64,000 bases of DNA from the NCBI GenBank assembly GCA_040757835.1, contig JBFLWJ010000008.1:58464-122463 (forward strand). The letters are read 5' to 3'. This stretch comes from Actinomycetota bacterium (GTDB taxonomy: Bacteria; Actinomycetota; Geothermincolia; Geothermincolales; RBG-13-55-18). Position 1 is the first letter of the stretch. Each line of letters opens with the position of its first letter. The notes under the pieces were generated by a model, which was not told the origin of the DNA, made no database searches, and worked only from the letters and a program-made list of their open reading frames with translations. The translations under genes and the position numbers were made by a program. Positions 9,836-19,680 of the stretch are shown piece after piece.

Positions 9836-10999
9836 CTACCAGGGCGTCTCCCCCGGAAAGACGACCTCGGTCACCTGCATGAACAGGCGCGTACCCTGTT
9901 CGTCGGCGTCCGAGATGTTGACCATGGTCACGACGGTCGCTTCCTTCTGCGGTAAAAAGTAGACGGCGGACGTGTAACCCGGCTGCATGCCGCCGTGTCC
10001 CAGCCACCCGCCGAAGTCGATGACAGCCAGGCCGTAGAGCATACCGTGGCCGAAGAACTCGGCTATTCCGGGCATCTCGAGCATGCCGGAGGTCATCTCC
10101 TCCCTGAGTCCCGGCGACAGCAGCTGCCCTTCGGCCAGGGCCCGGCCCCAGACGCGCAGGTCCTCGAGGGTGGATACCATGCCGCCGGCCGTCCAGGATA
10201 TCGAGGGGTCGAGGTAGTCGGTGAGGTCGTAACTCTCCCCGCCTTCCACGTCCACCTGGTAGCCGTGCGCGTGATCGCCGCCCAGTCCGGGTCCCTCTGC
10301 CATGTAGGTGCCGTCCAGGCCGAGGGGGCCGGTGATGCGGTCCGCCAGCTCCTCCTCGAAACTACGGCCTGTCACCTCCTCCACGATCATCCCCAGCAGG
10401 ATATAGTTGGTGTTGGAATACATGCAGCCCTCACCCGGCGGGAAATAGGGAGGGCTGGATATGCCCACGTCCACCAGCTCCCGGGGGGTCCAGACCTTGT
10501 GGGGGTCCGCCACGATGGTCTCGTTCAACCCCGTGTCCAGCCCGTAGTTGAAGATGCCCGAGGAGTGGTTGAGGAGCATGCGCACGGTGATGGTCTCCCC
10601 GTCCGGGATGCCGCCCACGAACTTCGAGACGGGGTCGTCGAGGGACAGCTCTCCCTCGTCCACCAGTTGCAGGACGACGTTGCCGGTGAAGGTCTTGGTG
10701 ATGCTGCCGATGCGGAAGCTCAGGTCCTCCCGCATGGCCTCCTCCGTCGCCGTGTCCGCCAGCCCATAGGCCTTGACCAGCACGGTCCCGTCCTCCATCC
10801 ATATGCCTACCAACGCTCCGGGGGCGCCGCTCCTCTCCATCAGGCCGGCCACGACCGCATCGATCTCATCCACCGTCTCGGGGCCGAACGGCTTTGCGCC
10901 ATCCGCCCCCCGCCCACAGGAAGACGCGGTGAGCGCGAGGAGAACCGCCAGCAGGAACGGGAGAAGCAGCCCGCCTCCACCGTGAGTCAGCCTTCGCAT
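9836..10999 (-). CDS. serine hydrolase of beta-lactamase/PBP4* family (lipoprotein)
   Basis: Signal peptide with lipobox (LALTASSCG). SITKTF matches the active-site SxxK motif of class C beta-lactamase-fold hydrolases. Confidence 0.7.
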   Translation of the reverse strand: MRRLTHGGGGLLLPFLLAVLLALTASSCGRGADGAKPFGPETVDEIDAVVAGLMERSGAPGALVGIWMEDGTVLVKAYGLADTATEEAMREDLSFRIGSITKTFTGNVVLQLVDEGELSLDDPVSKFVGGIPDGETITVRMLLNHSSGIFNYGLDTGLNETIVADPHKVWTPRELVDVGISSPPYFPPGEGCMYSNTNYILLGMIVEEVTGRSFEEELADRITGPLGLDGTYMAEGPGLGGDHAHGYQVDVEGGESYDLTDYLDPSISWTAGGMVSTLEDLRVWGRALAEGQLLSPGLREEMTSGMLEMPGIAEFFGHGMLYGLAVIDFGGWLGHGGMQPGYTSAVYFLPQKEATVVTMVNISDADEQGTRLFMQVTEVVFPGETPW

Positions 11000-11147
11000 C
11001 TTGTACCCCCTTATCCATTTAGGGGGTCAGGTCTTGTTTGTTGGATTCCAAAATATGGGATACTATGTAAACTTGCAGCATAATAGGCGGGTTTTGGACG
11101 CATTTCTCTGAAGATACCCCGGTATCCAAAAAACAAGACCTGGCCCC

Positions 11148-11948
11148 CTAGACGTTTATGTCGCGGCGCTCGAAGAAGAGCAGGCTGGTCGCCAGCAGGA
11201 CCGCCGTGATGACGGCGAGCACCAGTACGTGTAACCAGTCCAGGCCGTTGGCCAGGGGATTGTTGGCGTTGTAATAGTAGATGGGTGAGATCTTTCGCCA
11301 GGGCTCCAGTGCCGCGACGATCAGCCCCAGGGAGTTGAGGACCATGGTCCCCAGCCCGAGGGCGGCGGCGATGCCGATGGCAAGGCCCTTGCTGCCGCTG
11401 GCCGCTCCCAGCACGAGCGCGAAGGTACCGAACGCCAGGGCCAGCAGGACCAGGCTGAAGGTCGCCGCAGCCATGTTCAGGTAGTCGATTCCCATATCGA
11501 CGGCCAGCGCCAGCAGGGCCATCCCCGCATAGAGGACCACCGCCTCCAGTGTTACCGCCAGCACCATGGTCGCGAACTTCTCCAATACCAGGCGGCGGCG
11601 GGGCAGCGGCGCCGAGAGGAGCAGGTCCATAGTCCCCCGCCCTTCCTCTCCCGCCAGGGCATCGCTCCCCATGGAGATGGCCAGGATGGAGAGGATGATC
11701 GGGAGCATGATGAAGAAGAGCTGGCTGTTGAGGTAGCCGACGGGTGAAGAGATGTCGGCGGAACCCGCGATGGCCGTCATCAGGTCGGCCGAGGTGTCCG
11801 CGTATTCCTGGATACCCTGGTTGTCCCTCATCGAGGGGTAGACGGCGATGGTCATGGTCACGAAGAGGGTCAAGCCCACGGCCCACCAGATGAGGGAGAC
11901 GCGCCGGTCGCGCAGGCCCTTGAGAAAGACGTTATTGAGCATCTTCAT
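11148..11948 (-). CDS. ABC-2 type transporter permease
   Basis: Six hydrophobic helices. Start MKMLNN is preceded by GGAGGG and overlaps the ATPase gene stop. Coordinates taken from the ORF track. Confidence 0.65.
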   Translation of the reverse strand: MKMLNNVFLKGLRDRRVSLIWWAVGLTLFVTMTIAVYPSMRDNQGIQEYADTSADLMTAIAGSADISSPVGYLNSQLFFIMLPIILSILAISMGSDALAGEEGRGTMDLLLSAPLPRRRLVLEKFATMVLAVTLEAVVLYAGMALLALAVDMGIDYLNMAAATFSLVLLALAFGTFALVLGAASGSKGLAIGIAAALGLGTMVLNSLGLIVAALEPWRKISPIYYYNANNPLANGLDWLHVLVLAVITAVLLATSLLFFERRDINV

Positions 11949-12837
11949 CACCCTCCCCGTAGTAGGCGAGGAAGATGTCCTCCAGGGGGGTCTCATAGCT
12001 CAATATATTCGATACCTCGTAGCGGGCGATGGCCTTGACCAGTGAGTCCATGCTCCCCTGCACCGTGCAGTAGAGGGTGTCTCCCTCCGCACGCAGGTCA
12101 CGCAGGCCGGGTATGCCGGAGAAGTCATCCAGGGGCGGAGCCATGGCGAAATGTATCTCGAGGTGGTGCAGGGCGCGCTGCTTGATGGTGGATATCTGCT
12201 CCACGTCCACGAGGCGTCCTTCGCGGATGATGCCCACGCGGTCGCACAGGCGCTCCACCTCGTGCAGGTTGTGGGAGGAGACGAAGGCGGTACGCCCCTC
12301 CTCCCGGCAGGCCTCTATGATGTGGTAGAACTCCTGCTGCACCAGGGGGTCGAGGCCGGCGGTGGGCTCATCCAGGATGAGCAGTTCCGGCCGGTGCATC
12401 AGTGCCTGGATCAGTCCGACCTTCTGCTTGTTGCCGCGGGAGAGAGAGCGGATGGGCACCGACAGGTCGCTGTCCAGGCGCTGCGCTAGCTCCTCCACGT
12501 AGGACCAGTCCACCCCGCCGCGCAGATTGGCGAAGAAGCGTGCGAGGTCGGCCCCGGTCATCTTCTCGTAGAGGGCCAGCTCGCCCGGGAGGTAACCGGT
12601 GCGGCCGCGGATGGCCACGCTGCCGCTGCGGCTGTCCAGCCCGAAGACGCTGGCGCTGCCTCCGCTTGGGCGGATGAAATCGAGCAACAGGCGTATGGTG
12701 GTGGTCTTGCCGGCCCCGTTGGGGCCGAGGAAGCCGAAGACCTCGCCCGCGCGCACCTCCACGTCCACGTCGATGACGCCACGGCTCTTGCCGTAGAACT
12801 TGGTGAGACCCGCCGTCCTGATGACCACGTCCGCCAT
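11932..12837 (-). CDS. ABC transporter ATP-binding protein
   Basis: Walker A GPNGAGKTT, ABC signature LSRGNKQK and Walker B LLILDEPTAGLD. Start MADVVIR at 12837 with GGAGGG upstream. Confidence 0.8.
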   Translation of the reverse strand: MADVVIRTAGLTKFYGKSRGVIDVDVEVRAGEVFGFLGPNGAGKTTTIRLLLDFIRPSGGSASVFGLDSRSGSVAIRGRTGYLPGELALYEKMTGADLARFFANLRGGVDWSYVEELAQRLDSDLSVPIRSLSRGNKQKVGLIQALMHRPELLILDEPTAGLDPLVQQEFYHIIEACREEGRTAFVSSHNLHEVERLCDRVGIIREGRLVDVEQISTIKQRALHHLEIHFAMAPPLDDFSGIPGLRDLRAEGDTLYCTVQGSMDSLVKAIARYEVSNILSYETPLEDIFLAYYGEGDEDAQ

Positions 12838-13016
12838 ACCGCCCTCCATGTTCCGAGCCGCCGCGGTGTCTCTCTCCCCTGCCTCAAACCGTTCCACTAC
12901 CATATACGGGACGGGGCGGCCCGTTTCCTTTTCGTTACCCTCATTCCCCATCGCCGCCCCACCTACCCGGCCTGGGACTATAACCAGATTGCGGGAGAAT
13001 AATAGAGGGGGTCCTT

Positions 13017-13313
13017 ATGTCGGTACTCCTCTCGCCCTTGCAAATAGGGAACCTGGAGATAAGGAACCGCTTCGTCCATTCCGCCACTACGGAATCCATG
13101 GCCGCGGAGAACGGCGAGGTGATGGAGGTTCTGGAAGAGGTGCTGGAGGACGGGAGCGCCGACCTCATCTCCCTCTCCCGCCCTTTCATCCGGGAACCCG
13201 ACCTGGCCAGAAGGTTCGAGGCGGGGAAGGAGGAGGCGTCCTGCACCTCCTGCAACGGATGTTTCGCATCCATGATCGCGTCTAAGCCCGTCCGTTGCTT
13301 CTGCAGGACCTGA
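13017..13313 (+). pseudogene. internally deleted Old Yellow Enzyme / 2,4-dienoyl-CoA reductase-like remnant (98-aa in-frame mini-ORF)
   Basis: N-terminal LLSPLQIGNLEIRNRFVHSATTESMAAENGEV matches the OYE N-terminus. It is fused directly to the OYE C-terminal segment ADLISLSRPFIREPDLARRFEAGKEEASCTSCNGCF. The roughly 270-aa TIM-barrel core is missing. An intact paralog lies at 48801..50165. Confidence 0.45.
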
Positions 13314-13508
13314 GCTTCCGTTCCCATCTCCATCGCGGCACGCCCGGGGTCAGGCCCGCATGGTGCCAGGGTCCGCTCGCTTGCGGCACGGGCCGGACCC
13401 CAAATGGGCCACGTCTCAAGGGCATCTCCTCCGGCACCGAAGACAAGAAGAAGGGTGGACGCTGGTCCATCCCGGACTCTGCAGCGGTGCCCAACCAGGA
13501 GGTGCGAG

Positions 13509-15239
13509 ATGTTTCTGGATCGCTTTTCGTGGTCGATATTCGGGTCTCCTTTCAAGCGTGACGGCTCCGATCCCGCCGACCTCGTGGTCGCAAACGCGGA
13601 CGTCTTCACCTGCGACCGCGCCAATCCGCGGGCGGGCGCCGTGGCAGTGAGGGACGGGAGTATCGTCTATGTGGGCGATGCCCGCGGGGCGGCGGTACAC
13701 GTGGGACCGGACACGCGGGTAATCGACGGCAGGGGCAGGGTCCTCACCCCGGGGTTCATCGACAACCACTGCCACGTGGTGTGGATCGGCGGCATGATGG
13801 CCTTTATGACCAAGCGTCTCATGGAAGCCGAGAACCTGGACGAGATGCTCGAGATGGTCCTCGAGCAGTCCCGCGCCCATCCCGACCTCCCCTTCGTGTC
13901 CGGCGTGGGCTGGAGGTTCGAATACGCCCCGGGCGGATCTCCCGACCGCGCGGTCCTGGACAGGGTGGTCACGGACCGGCCGGTACTGCTCATGTCCATC
14001 TGCGGCCAGTGCGGGTGGCTCAACACCCGCGCCGCCGAGCTGCTCGGGGAGCGCAATCCCCAGGCGCTGCGGCGTCTGGCGCCCAGGCTCGATGCTTCCG
14101 GGACCTGCACCGGAGCCCTGGACCACTTCCACTCCTTCTCCCCGCTCGATTTCTTCGGCGAGGAGGAGATAGCCCCCGTCTTCGAATCCGCCGTGCCGGA
14201 GGCTATCGCCGCGGTGATGGACGAGGCGGTCTCGGTGGGGGTGACCGCCATGGACGACGTACAGTTCTACCGCCCCTTCGTGCCTTACGTGCTCGCGTAC
14301 CGGGAGCGCGGCATCTTCGACAAGGTGCGCCTGCGCGGCTCCCTCTACGTGGACCCCCACGACCTCGAGGACGAGGGCAGGCTGCGTGAGGACCTGGCCT
14401 GGTGGATGGACATGGGCGGAGAATCGGACGGGCGCCTGGCCCTCGGCCGCTCCGTGAAGTTCTACATCGACGGCACCGTGGGCAACCGCACCTCGTTCCA
14501 GCTCGAACCCTATACGGACGATCCCGGCTACTACGGCAGGCCGGACTGGACCCAGGAGGATTTCGACCGCGTCATCGAGATCGTCGACGCCATGGGACTG
14601 CAGGCCTGCACCCACGCCTGCGGCGACGCCGGCATCCGCCGCGTTATCAACTCCATCGAGCGGGCGCGTGGGCTCAACGGCGCCTGGGACTCGCGCCACC
14701 GCATCGAGCACTGCGAGTTCCCCACCCCGCCGGACCGGGAGAGGATGGCCCGCCTCGGCATGCAAGCCGCCATGCAGCCTGCGCATTCCTTCGGCGACGA
14801 GGTCGTAGAGCGGCTCCTGGGGCACGAGAGGATGCAGGGCTGGCACCCCTGGCGCAGCCTGGAGAAGGCGGGGGTGCCGGTCTCCTTCGGGAGCGACTGG
14901 TGCAACAGCCCCCTTAACCCCTTTTACGGCCTCCTCCTCGCCACCACCAGGATGAACTACAAGGGCAAGACCGACTGGGCGCCGGAGGAGAAGATCGACA
15001 TAGAGGACGCCGTCAGGCACTGGACCATCGACTCCGCGCGCGCGCTGAAGATGGAAGAAAAGATCGGTTCGCTCGAGCCTGGCAAGCGCGCCGACTTCGT
15101 GCTCTGGAACACCAGCCCCCTCAAGGTCAGCTCCTGGTGGTTCATGCTCACCCACGAGATGGAACTGGGAAAGCTCGAGGGCTTCGTGGACATGACCTTC
15201 GTGGACGGAAAGCCCGTCTACGAGAAGCCGCGCAGCTAG
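13509..15239 (+). CDS. amidohydrolase-3 family metal-dependent hydrolase (YtcJ-like)
   Basis: GFIDNHCHV metal-binding motif, HACGD and SDW motifs. 576 aa with AGGAGG upstream of the ATG. Confidence 0.75.
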   Translation: MFLDRFSWSIFGSPFKRDGSDPADLVVANADVFTCDRANPRAGAVAVRDGSIVYVGDARGAAVHVGPDTRVIDGRGRVLTPGFIDNHCHVVWIGGMMAFMTKRLMEAENLDEMLEMVLEQSRAHPDLPFVSGVGWRFEYAPGGSPDRAVLDRVVTDRPVLLMSICGQCGWLNTRAAELLGERNPQALRRLAPRLDASGTCTGALDHFHSFSPLDFFGEEEIAPVFESAVPEAIAAVMDEAVSVGVTAMDDVQFYRPFVPYVLAYRERGIFDKVRLRGSLYVDPHDLEDEGRLREDLAWWMDMGGESDGRLALGRSVKFYIDGTVGNRTSFQLEPYTDDPGYYGRPDWTQEDFDRVIEIVDAMGLQACTHACGDAGIRRVINSIERARGLNGAWDSRHRIEHCEFPTPPDRERMARLGMQAAMQPAHSFGDEVVERLLGHERMQGWHPWRSLEKAGVPVSFGSDWCNSPLNPFYGLLLATTRMNYKGKTDWAPEEKIDIEDAVRHWTIDSARALKMEEKIGSLEPGKRADFVLWNTSPLKVSSWWFMLTHEMELGKLEGFVDMTFVDGKPVYEKPRS

Positions 15240-15524
15240 GCCGCGGCCGCCTGGCATCTGCTTAGGGGAGGCCGGGACTCTTCTTCTGCTCTCTCCGCCC
15301 TCGGGCTCTCAGGCTTTCGTGGTTTCCGGGCTGCAAGGGCGGGTTGAGAATATCCTCGTGAGGCGGGTTTACGCCAACCGGCCCGACCTTCTAGGCGGTC
15401 TTCTTCGATGCCGCCGAGACCCCTCCCTACTCGATTTGCTAATATATAGAGGCCTGCGAAGCCCGCTTTCCCGCAAACCGCGTCGTGCCTCAGTGGGTCT
15501 TTTCCATTGCCAGGGAGGTTTCGG

Positions 15525-16751
15525 ATGGAGACGCTCAAGCCAGCAAAGCAGTTCGACGAGGAGGCATGCACCCGCTGCGGCCTGTGCTTCGGCGAGTGCC
15601 CGGTGATGGGCCTGCCGGTGAAGACGGCGCGGGAGGAGATCGCGCGCCTCATCGCCGGGGAGCCCACGCGGCATGTGCTGCGCAAGTGCGCCAGCTGCTT
15701 CGCCTGCGACCATATCTGCCCCGAGGGGTGCAACCCCACGGAACTGGTGCTGCAGCGCTGGCACGAGCATTACCTGCGCGAAGGCCTCCCGGTCCGGGCC
15801 AGGTACTACTCCCCCCACGAGGAGCTGAACTTCCGCACCTACGTGGTGGCCAGGATGCCCGCGGACGAGCGGGAGCTGCTGCGCAAGTGGGCCGACCACT
15901 CCCCGACCGAGGAGGTCCTCTACCCCGGGTGCAACATCATCACCGCCCCCTTCCTCACCCGCACCAGGGCCCTGGAGGGGCTGGACATCCGCGGCACCCT
16001 CGACTACTGCTGCGGCGAGACCTACTACCGCATGGGCCTCTTCGACGAGGTGCAGAAGGTGGCCCGCCGCCTGGAGAGATACTTCAAGACCCTGGGTGTA
16101 AAGCGCGTGAATATCCTGTGCACCGCGGGATGCAACATGTTCATGAACGTGCTCCCAGCCTACGGCGTCGACTTCGACTTCGAGGTGCGGCCCTACCTTC
16201 CGGTGATCCTCGCGAAGCTGGAGTCGGGAGAACTGGAGATCGTGAAGAAGCTCGAGGGCACCGCCACCATCCAGGAGTCCTGCTACGGCAAGCAGCTGGG
16301 GGATGAATACATGGACGTCCCGCGTCGTATCCTAGAGCTGACCGGCATGGAGGTGGTGGAGGAGAAGAAGCGGGGGGACTGTGCGCTCTGCTGCGGCATC
16401 GCGGGGGGATTCCCGCCAACCTCAGGCTACCACATCATGGACATCACCCTGGCCACCCTGAAGAGCCTGCTGCAGGCGCGGGGCACCGGGGCCGATTACA
16501 CCGTGGGTTACTGCGCGGGCTGCCTGCAGATGCTCTCCACCGGCCGGGTGCTCATGCCCCTGGGCGGGCCCGTCTATCACGTCCTGGAGATGCTCTCCAT
16601 GGCCCTGGGGGAGGAACCCCGGCATCCCATGAAATGGCGTGCCCGGGCTTTCCTTGCGGGCACCCTGCGCAACCAGGGACCCATCACCCTGTCCCGGAAG
16701 AGGTACCGCATCCCGGAGATACCGGAGGTGCCGCCGGCAGTGGATGGCTGA
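15525..16751 (+). CDS. HdrD/GlpC-like Fe-S oxidoreductase, paralog 1 (2x[4Fe-4S] ferredoxin motifs + 2 CCG domains)
   Basis: CTRCGLCFGECP and CASCFACDHICP cluster motifs. Two cysteine-rich CCG domains (YCCGETYY, CALCCGIAGG, YCAGC). RBS GGGAGG. Confidence 0.7.
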   Translation: METLKPAKQFDEEACTRCGLCFGECPVMGLPVKTAREEIARLIAGEPTRHVLRKCASCFACDHICPEGCNPTELVLQRWHEHYLREGLPVRARYYSPHEELNFRTYVVARMPADERELLRKWADHSPTEEVLYPGCNIITAPFLTRTRALEGLDIRGTLDYCCGETYYRMGLFDEVQKVARRLERYFKTLGVKRVNILCTAGCNMFMNVLPAYGVDFDFEVRPYLPVILAKLESGELEIVKKLEGTATIQESCYGKQLGDEYMDVPRRILELTGMEVVEEKKRGDCALCCGIAGGFPPTSGYHIMDITLATLKSLLQARGTGADYTVGYCAGCLQMLSTGRVLMPLGGPVYHVLEMLSMALGEEPRHPMKWRARAFLAGTLRNQGPITLSRKRYRIPEIPEVPPAVDG

Positions 16752-16807
16752 TCCTCCAGGTGATCCCCGGCCGGCAGGCCTGGAACCGGTTGAACGCAGG
16801 AAGGCAT

Positions 16808-18235
16808 ATGGGGGTAGAAGAGATGCATGAACGGCGATTCCGCTTCTTCCGCGAGGACCTCTGCGACCGCTGCGGCGACTGCTTCGCCGCCTGTCCCTAC
16901 CTGGAGCTGCCGCAAGAGGCGGCGAAGCGGGAGATCACCAGGCTCATCGAGGAGGGCGAATCGCTCGCCCTCGACGCGTGCAACACCTGCCACACCTGCG
17001 ACGCCGTTTGCCCCAACGGAGCCGACCCCTACGAACTGGTGCTGGAGCGCTGGAGCGAGAGGCGCCGGGGGGGCCTGCCCACCACCGCCCGCCTGGTGAC
17101 CCCGTCCGAGCCGTGCAACATCTGGTCCTCCCTCAAGGCGGTGATGCCCGAGGAAGAGCTGGCGCTGCTGCGCTCCTGGGACGACTTCAGCCCCCGCGAC
17201 GAGATCTGCCTCACCGGCTTCTACACCAGCGTGGTGCCGTACATCCTGCAGGCGGAGGTCCTCGCGGACCTGCCCAGGGTGGCCGGCTCGGAGGCCCTCT
17301 TCGGCTGCGCGGGGGACATCTACAAGACGGGGCGCTTCGACATGGTGGAGCAGATAGCGCGCCGCCTGGAGAAGGTCTTCGGGGAGATGGGCGTTAAGAA
17401 AGTGGTCTGCTCCATGAGCGCCGAGGGGATGGTGCTCAAACATATCCTGCCCGAGCGGTTCGGGGCCCGCTTCGGCTTCGAGGTGGTGGCCCTGGACGAC
17501 TGGCTGCTGGAAAGGCTTCGGGCCGGGGAGATCGTCCCCGTGAGAGAGCTGGGCATGCGCGTGACCGTGCACGACAACTGCCTCTCCAAGATGGAGGGCG
17601 GGAGGCTGCAGGAGGTCAACCGCGAGATCGTGCGGCGCACCGGCTGCGATATCGTGGAGATGCGGCACAACCGCAAGAACTCCCTGTGCTGCGGCTTCGG
17701 CGCGGCGGCCTCCCGTTTCCGGGTCATGGACATCATGTCCTCGGGCTACCGCAGGCTGAAGGAGATCGAGGCCACGGGGGCGGACGCGGCGGTCGTCTAC
17801 TGCCCCGCCTGCCTCTTCATCCTCTCGGTGATCAAGGAGATGGCCGGGGCCGAGATGCCCTTCTACCACCCCGCGGAGCTGGTGGAGATGGCCGCGGGCG
17901 GAGAGCCGGCGCGCCGCCACGAGGAGAGGGCCTGGGAGATGATGGCGGTGATCAGCAACCACCTGCTCAAGTACGCCCTCTTCCCGGGCCACCGCGGGAG
18001 CTTCCAACCCGCCCGCATCTCTCCCGAGATGCAGCCGCTGCCCGGGCTGCCGCGCTGGGACCGCCTTCGCATGCGGGCCCTGACAGCCCTCTACCGTAGC
18101 CCGGTGGTCCAGAACCGGGCCACGCGGAAGACCGTCTCCCTCGGCTTCAAGGCGGCGGTGGCGGCGTACGGCGCGGCGGCACGTTTGGGGTCAACCCCGG
18201 CCCGCGCCCCATTGAACGGCTTGCGGCATGGATAA
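16808..18235 (+). CDS. HdrD/GlpC-like Fe-S oxidoreductase, paralog 2 (with roughly 70-aa Ala/Arg-rich C-terminal tail)
   Basis: CDRCGDCFAACP, CNTCHTCDAVCP, LCCGFGAAAS and YCPAC. Same architecture as paralog 1 at roughly 40% identity. Confidence 0.65.
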   Translation: MGVEEMHERRFRFFREDLCDRCGDCFAACPYLELPQEAAKREITRLIEEGESLALDACNTCHTCDAVCPNGADPYELVLERWSERRRGGLPTTARLVTPSEPCNIWSSLKAVMPEEELALLRSWDDFSPRDEICLTGFYTSVVPYILQAEVLADLPRVAGSEALFGCAGDIYKTGRFDMVEQIARRLEKVFGEMGVKKVVCSMSAEGMVLKHILPERFGARFGFEVVALDDWLLERLRAGEIVPVRELGMRVTVHDNCLSKMEGGRLQEVNREIVRRTGCDIVEMRHNRKNSLCCGFGAAASRFRVMDIMSSGYRRLKEIEATGADAAVVYCPACLFILSVIKEMAGAEMPFYHPAELVEMAAGGEPARRHEERAWEMMAVISNHLLKYALFPGHRGSFQPARISPEMQPLPGLPRWDRLRMRALTALYRSPVVQNRATRKTVSLGFKAAVAAYGAAARLGSTPARAPLNGLRHG

Positions 18236-18277
18236 GAGCTGACCCCGGAAGTGCCATTGGAACAAGGGGGGTGTGAC

Positions 18278-19477
18278 ATGGCGGATGATGACAGGTACGA
18301 TTTCTTCCGTTACGACGACTGCGACCTCTGCGGCGACTGCCTCTCGCGCTGCCGCTACATGAACCTGGGCAGGGCCGAGGCCGTCGAGGAGATGAAGCGC
18401 ATGCGGGCGGGTGAGCCCACCCGCGTGGTGCACCGCAAGTGCATCAGTTGTTACGCCTGCGACGCCTTCTGCCGCAACGACTGCCGCCCCTACGAGCTCA
18501 TCACCTCGAGCTGGCACCGGCGCTACCGCGAGCGGGGCCTGCCGGTGCGGGCCTCCTACCTCATGCCCGCCTCCATCCCCAACTTCCGCACCGACATGAT
18601 CAGGACAATGCAGCCGTGGGAGCAGGCGCTGCTGCGCGAGTGGCAGGGCACCCCTCCCGAGGGCGAGCTGGTGCTCTACCCCGGCTGCAACGCCCTCACC
18701 ATGCCCCACCTCCTCAAGGGCCCATACATGGAAGGCGTGACGGTTTCCGGCGACTACGACCTCTGCTGCGGCGAGATGTACTTCCGCATGGGCCTCTTCG
18801 ACGTGGTGGAGAAGGTGGCCGAGAAGCTCACCGCCCACTACCGCGGCCGGGACATCGGCACCATGCTCTTCGTCTGCCCCGCCGGGCTCAACATGTTCCG
18901 CAACGTCCTGCCGGGCTCCTTCGGAGCGGAGCTGCCCTTCCAGACGAAGTTCCTCGGCGAATACCTGCTGGAGAAGGTGGAGGCGGGCGAGATCGAGATC
19001 AAGCGGAGCCTGGGCCGTTCCGTGGCCGTGCACGACTCCTGCCACGGGCGCATCCTGGGCGGGGAGATAACGGCCTCGGCGCGCCGGCTCTACGAGCTCA
19101 TGGGGCTGGAGACGCGCGAGATGGTGCGCAACCCCGACGAGGGCCTGTGTTGCGGCATGGCGGCGGGGTGCAACCGCTACCGCCCCGACGATATGTACTT
19201 CGCGGCGGTGAAGGAGCTTCACGCGGCGGCGAAGACCGGCGCGGACGAGCTGGCCACTTACTGCACGGGCTGCCACCTCACCCTGGCGATGATGCGCTGG
19301 CTCTACCCCACCCGCCAGCCGGTGCGGCACCTGCTGGAGTACCTGCAGGAGGCTATGGGGGAGGCGCCCTGTCTACCCGCGCCGAAACGCACCCTGCGCA
19401 TGCTGGGCAACGTGGCGGTGAAGGCCTTCCCGCAGCTACTCTCGCGCAAGACCTACCACATCGAGATCAGCAGTTGA
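18278..19477 (+). CDS. HdrD/GlpC-like Fe-S oxidoreductase, paralog 3
   Basis: CDLCGDCLSRC, CISCYACDAFC, LCCGEMYF, LCCGMAAGC and YCTGC. Third tandem paralog. Confidence 0.65.
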   Translation: MADDDRYDFFRYDDCDLCGDCLSRCRYMNLGRAEAVEEMKRMRAGEPTRVVHRKCISCYACDAFCRNDCRPYELITSSWHRRYRERGLPVRASYLMPASIPNFRTDMIRTMQPWEQALLREWQGTPPEGELVLYPGCNALTMPHLLKGPYMEGVTVSGDYDLCCGEMYFRMGLFDVVEKVAEKLTAHYRGRDIGTMLFVCPAGLNMFRNVLPGSFGAELPFQTKFLGEYLLEKVEAGEIEIKRSLGRSVAVHDSCHGRILGGEITASARRLYELMGLETREMVRNPDEGLCCGMAAGCNRYRPDDMYFAAVKELHAAAKTGADELATYCTGCHLTLAMMRWLYPTRQPVRHLLEYLQEAMGEAPCLPAPKRTLRMLGNVAVKAFPQLLSRKTYHIEISS

Positions 19478-19680
19478 AAATCTTTAGTCGTGGTGCGGCT
19501 TTAACACAGGTAAGTTGAACGGCGCCGCGGCCTGGACGATAATTGTAACGGCCTCGCTGGATGCCTGACCGCCTACGTCGAAAGTTTCTTTGAGAGGCCG
19601 CGTTGCCGCCTCGGTTCGACGAGGAAATCCAACGGAAACGATCATGCCGCATGCCCGGAGCTTGACCAAGGAGGTAGGAG

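Noticed and set aside
12941-13624. 227-aa minus-strand ORF over the OYE remnant and amidohydrolase start
   Set aside because: Low-complexity Ser/Arg/Pro-rich translation overlapping the better-supported plus-strand features. No RBS.
13416-15257. 613-aa minus-strand ORF opposite the amidohydrolase gene
   Set aside because: Antisense shadow ORF. The translation is Gly/Pro/Arg/Val-rich without motifs.
16577-19330. Large minus-strand ORFs (16577..18007, 18191..19330) and alternate plus-frame ORFs (18439..19518 and others) over the Hdr-like genes
   Set aside because: They overlap strongly supported Fe-S protein genes. They are low-complexity shadow frames.
19600-19640. tRNA T-arm-like hairpin (CCTCGGTTCGACGAGG)
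   Set aside because: No acceptor stem, D-arm or anticodon arm could be assembled around it. It is probably just a leader hairpin.
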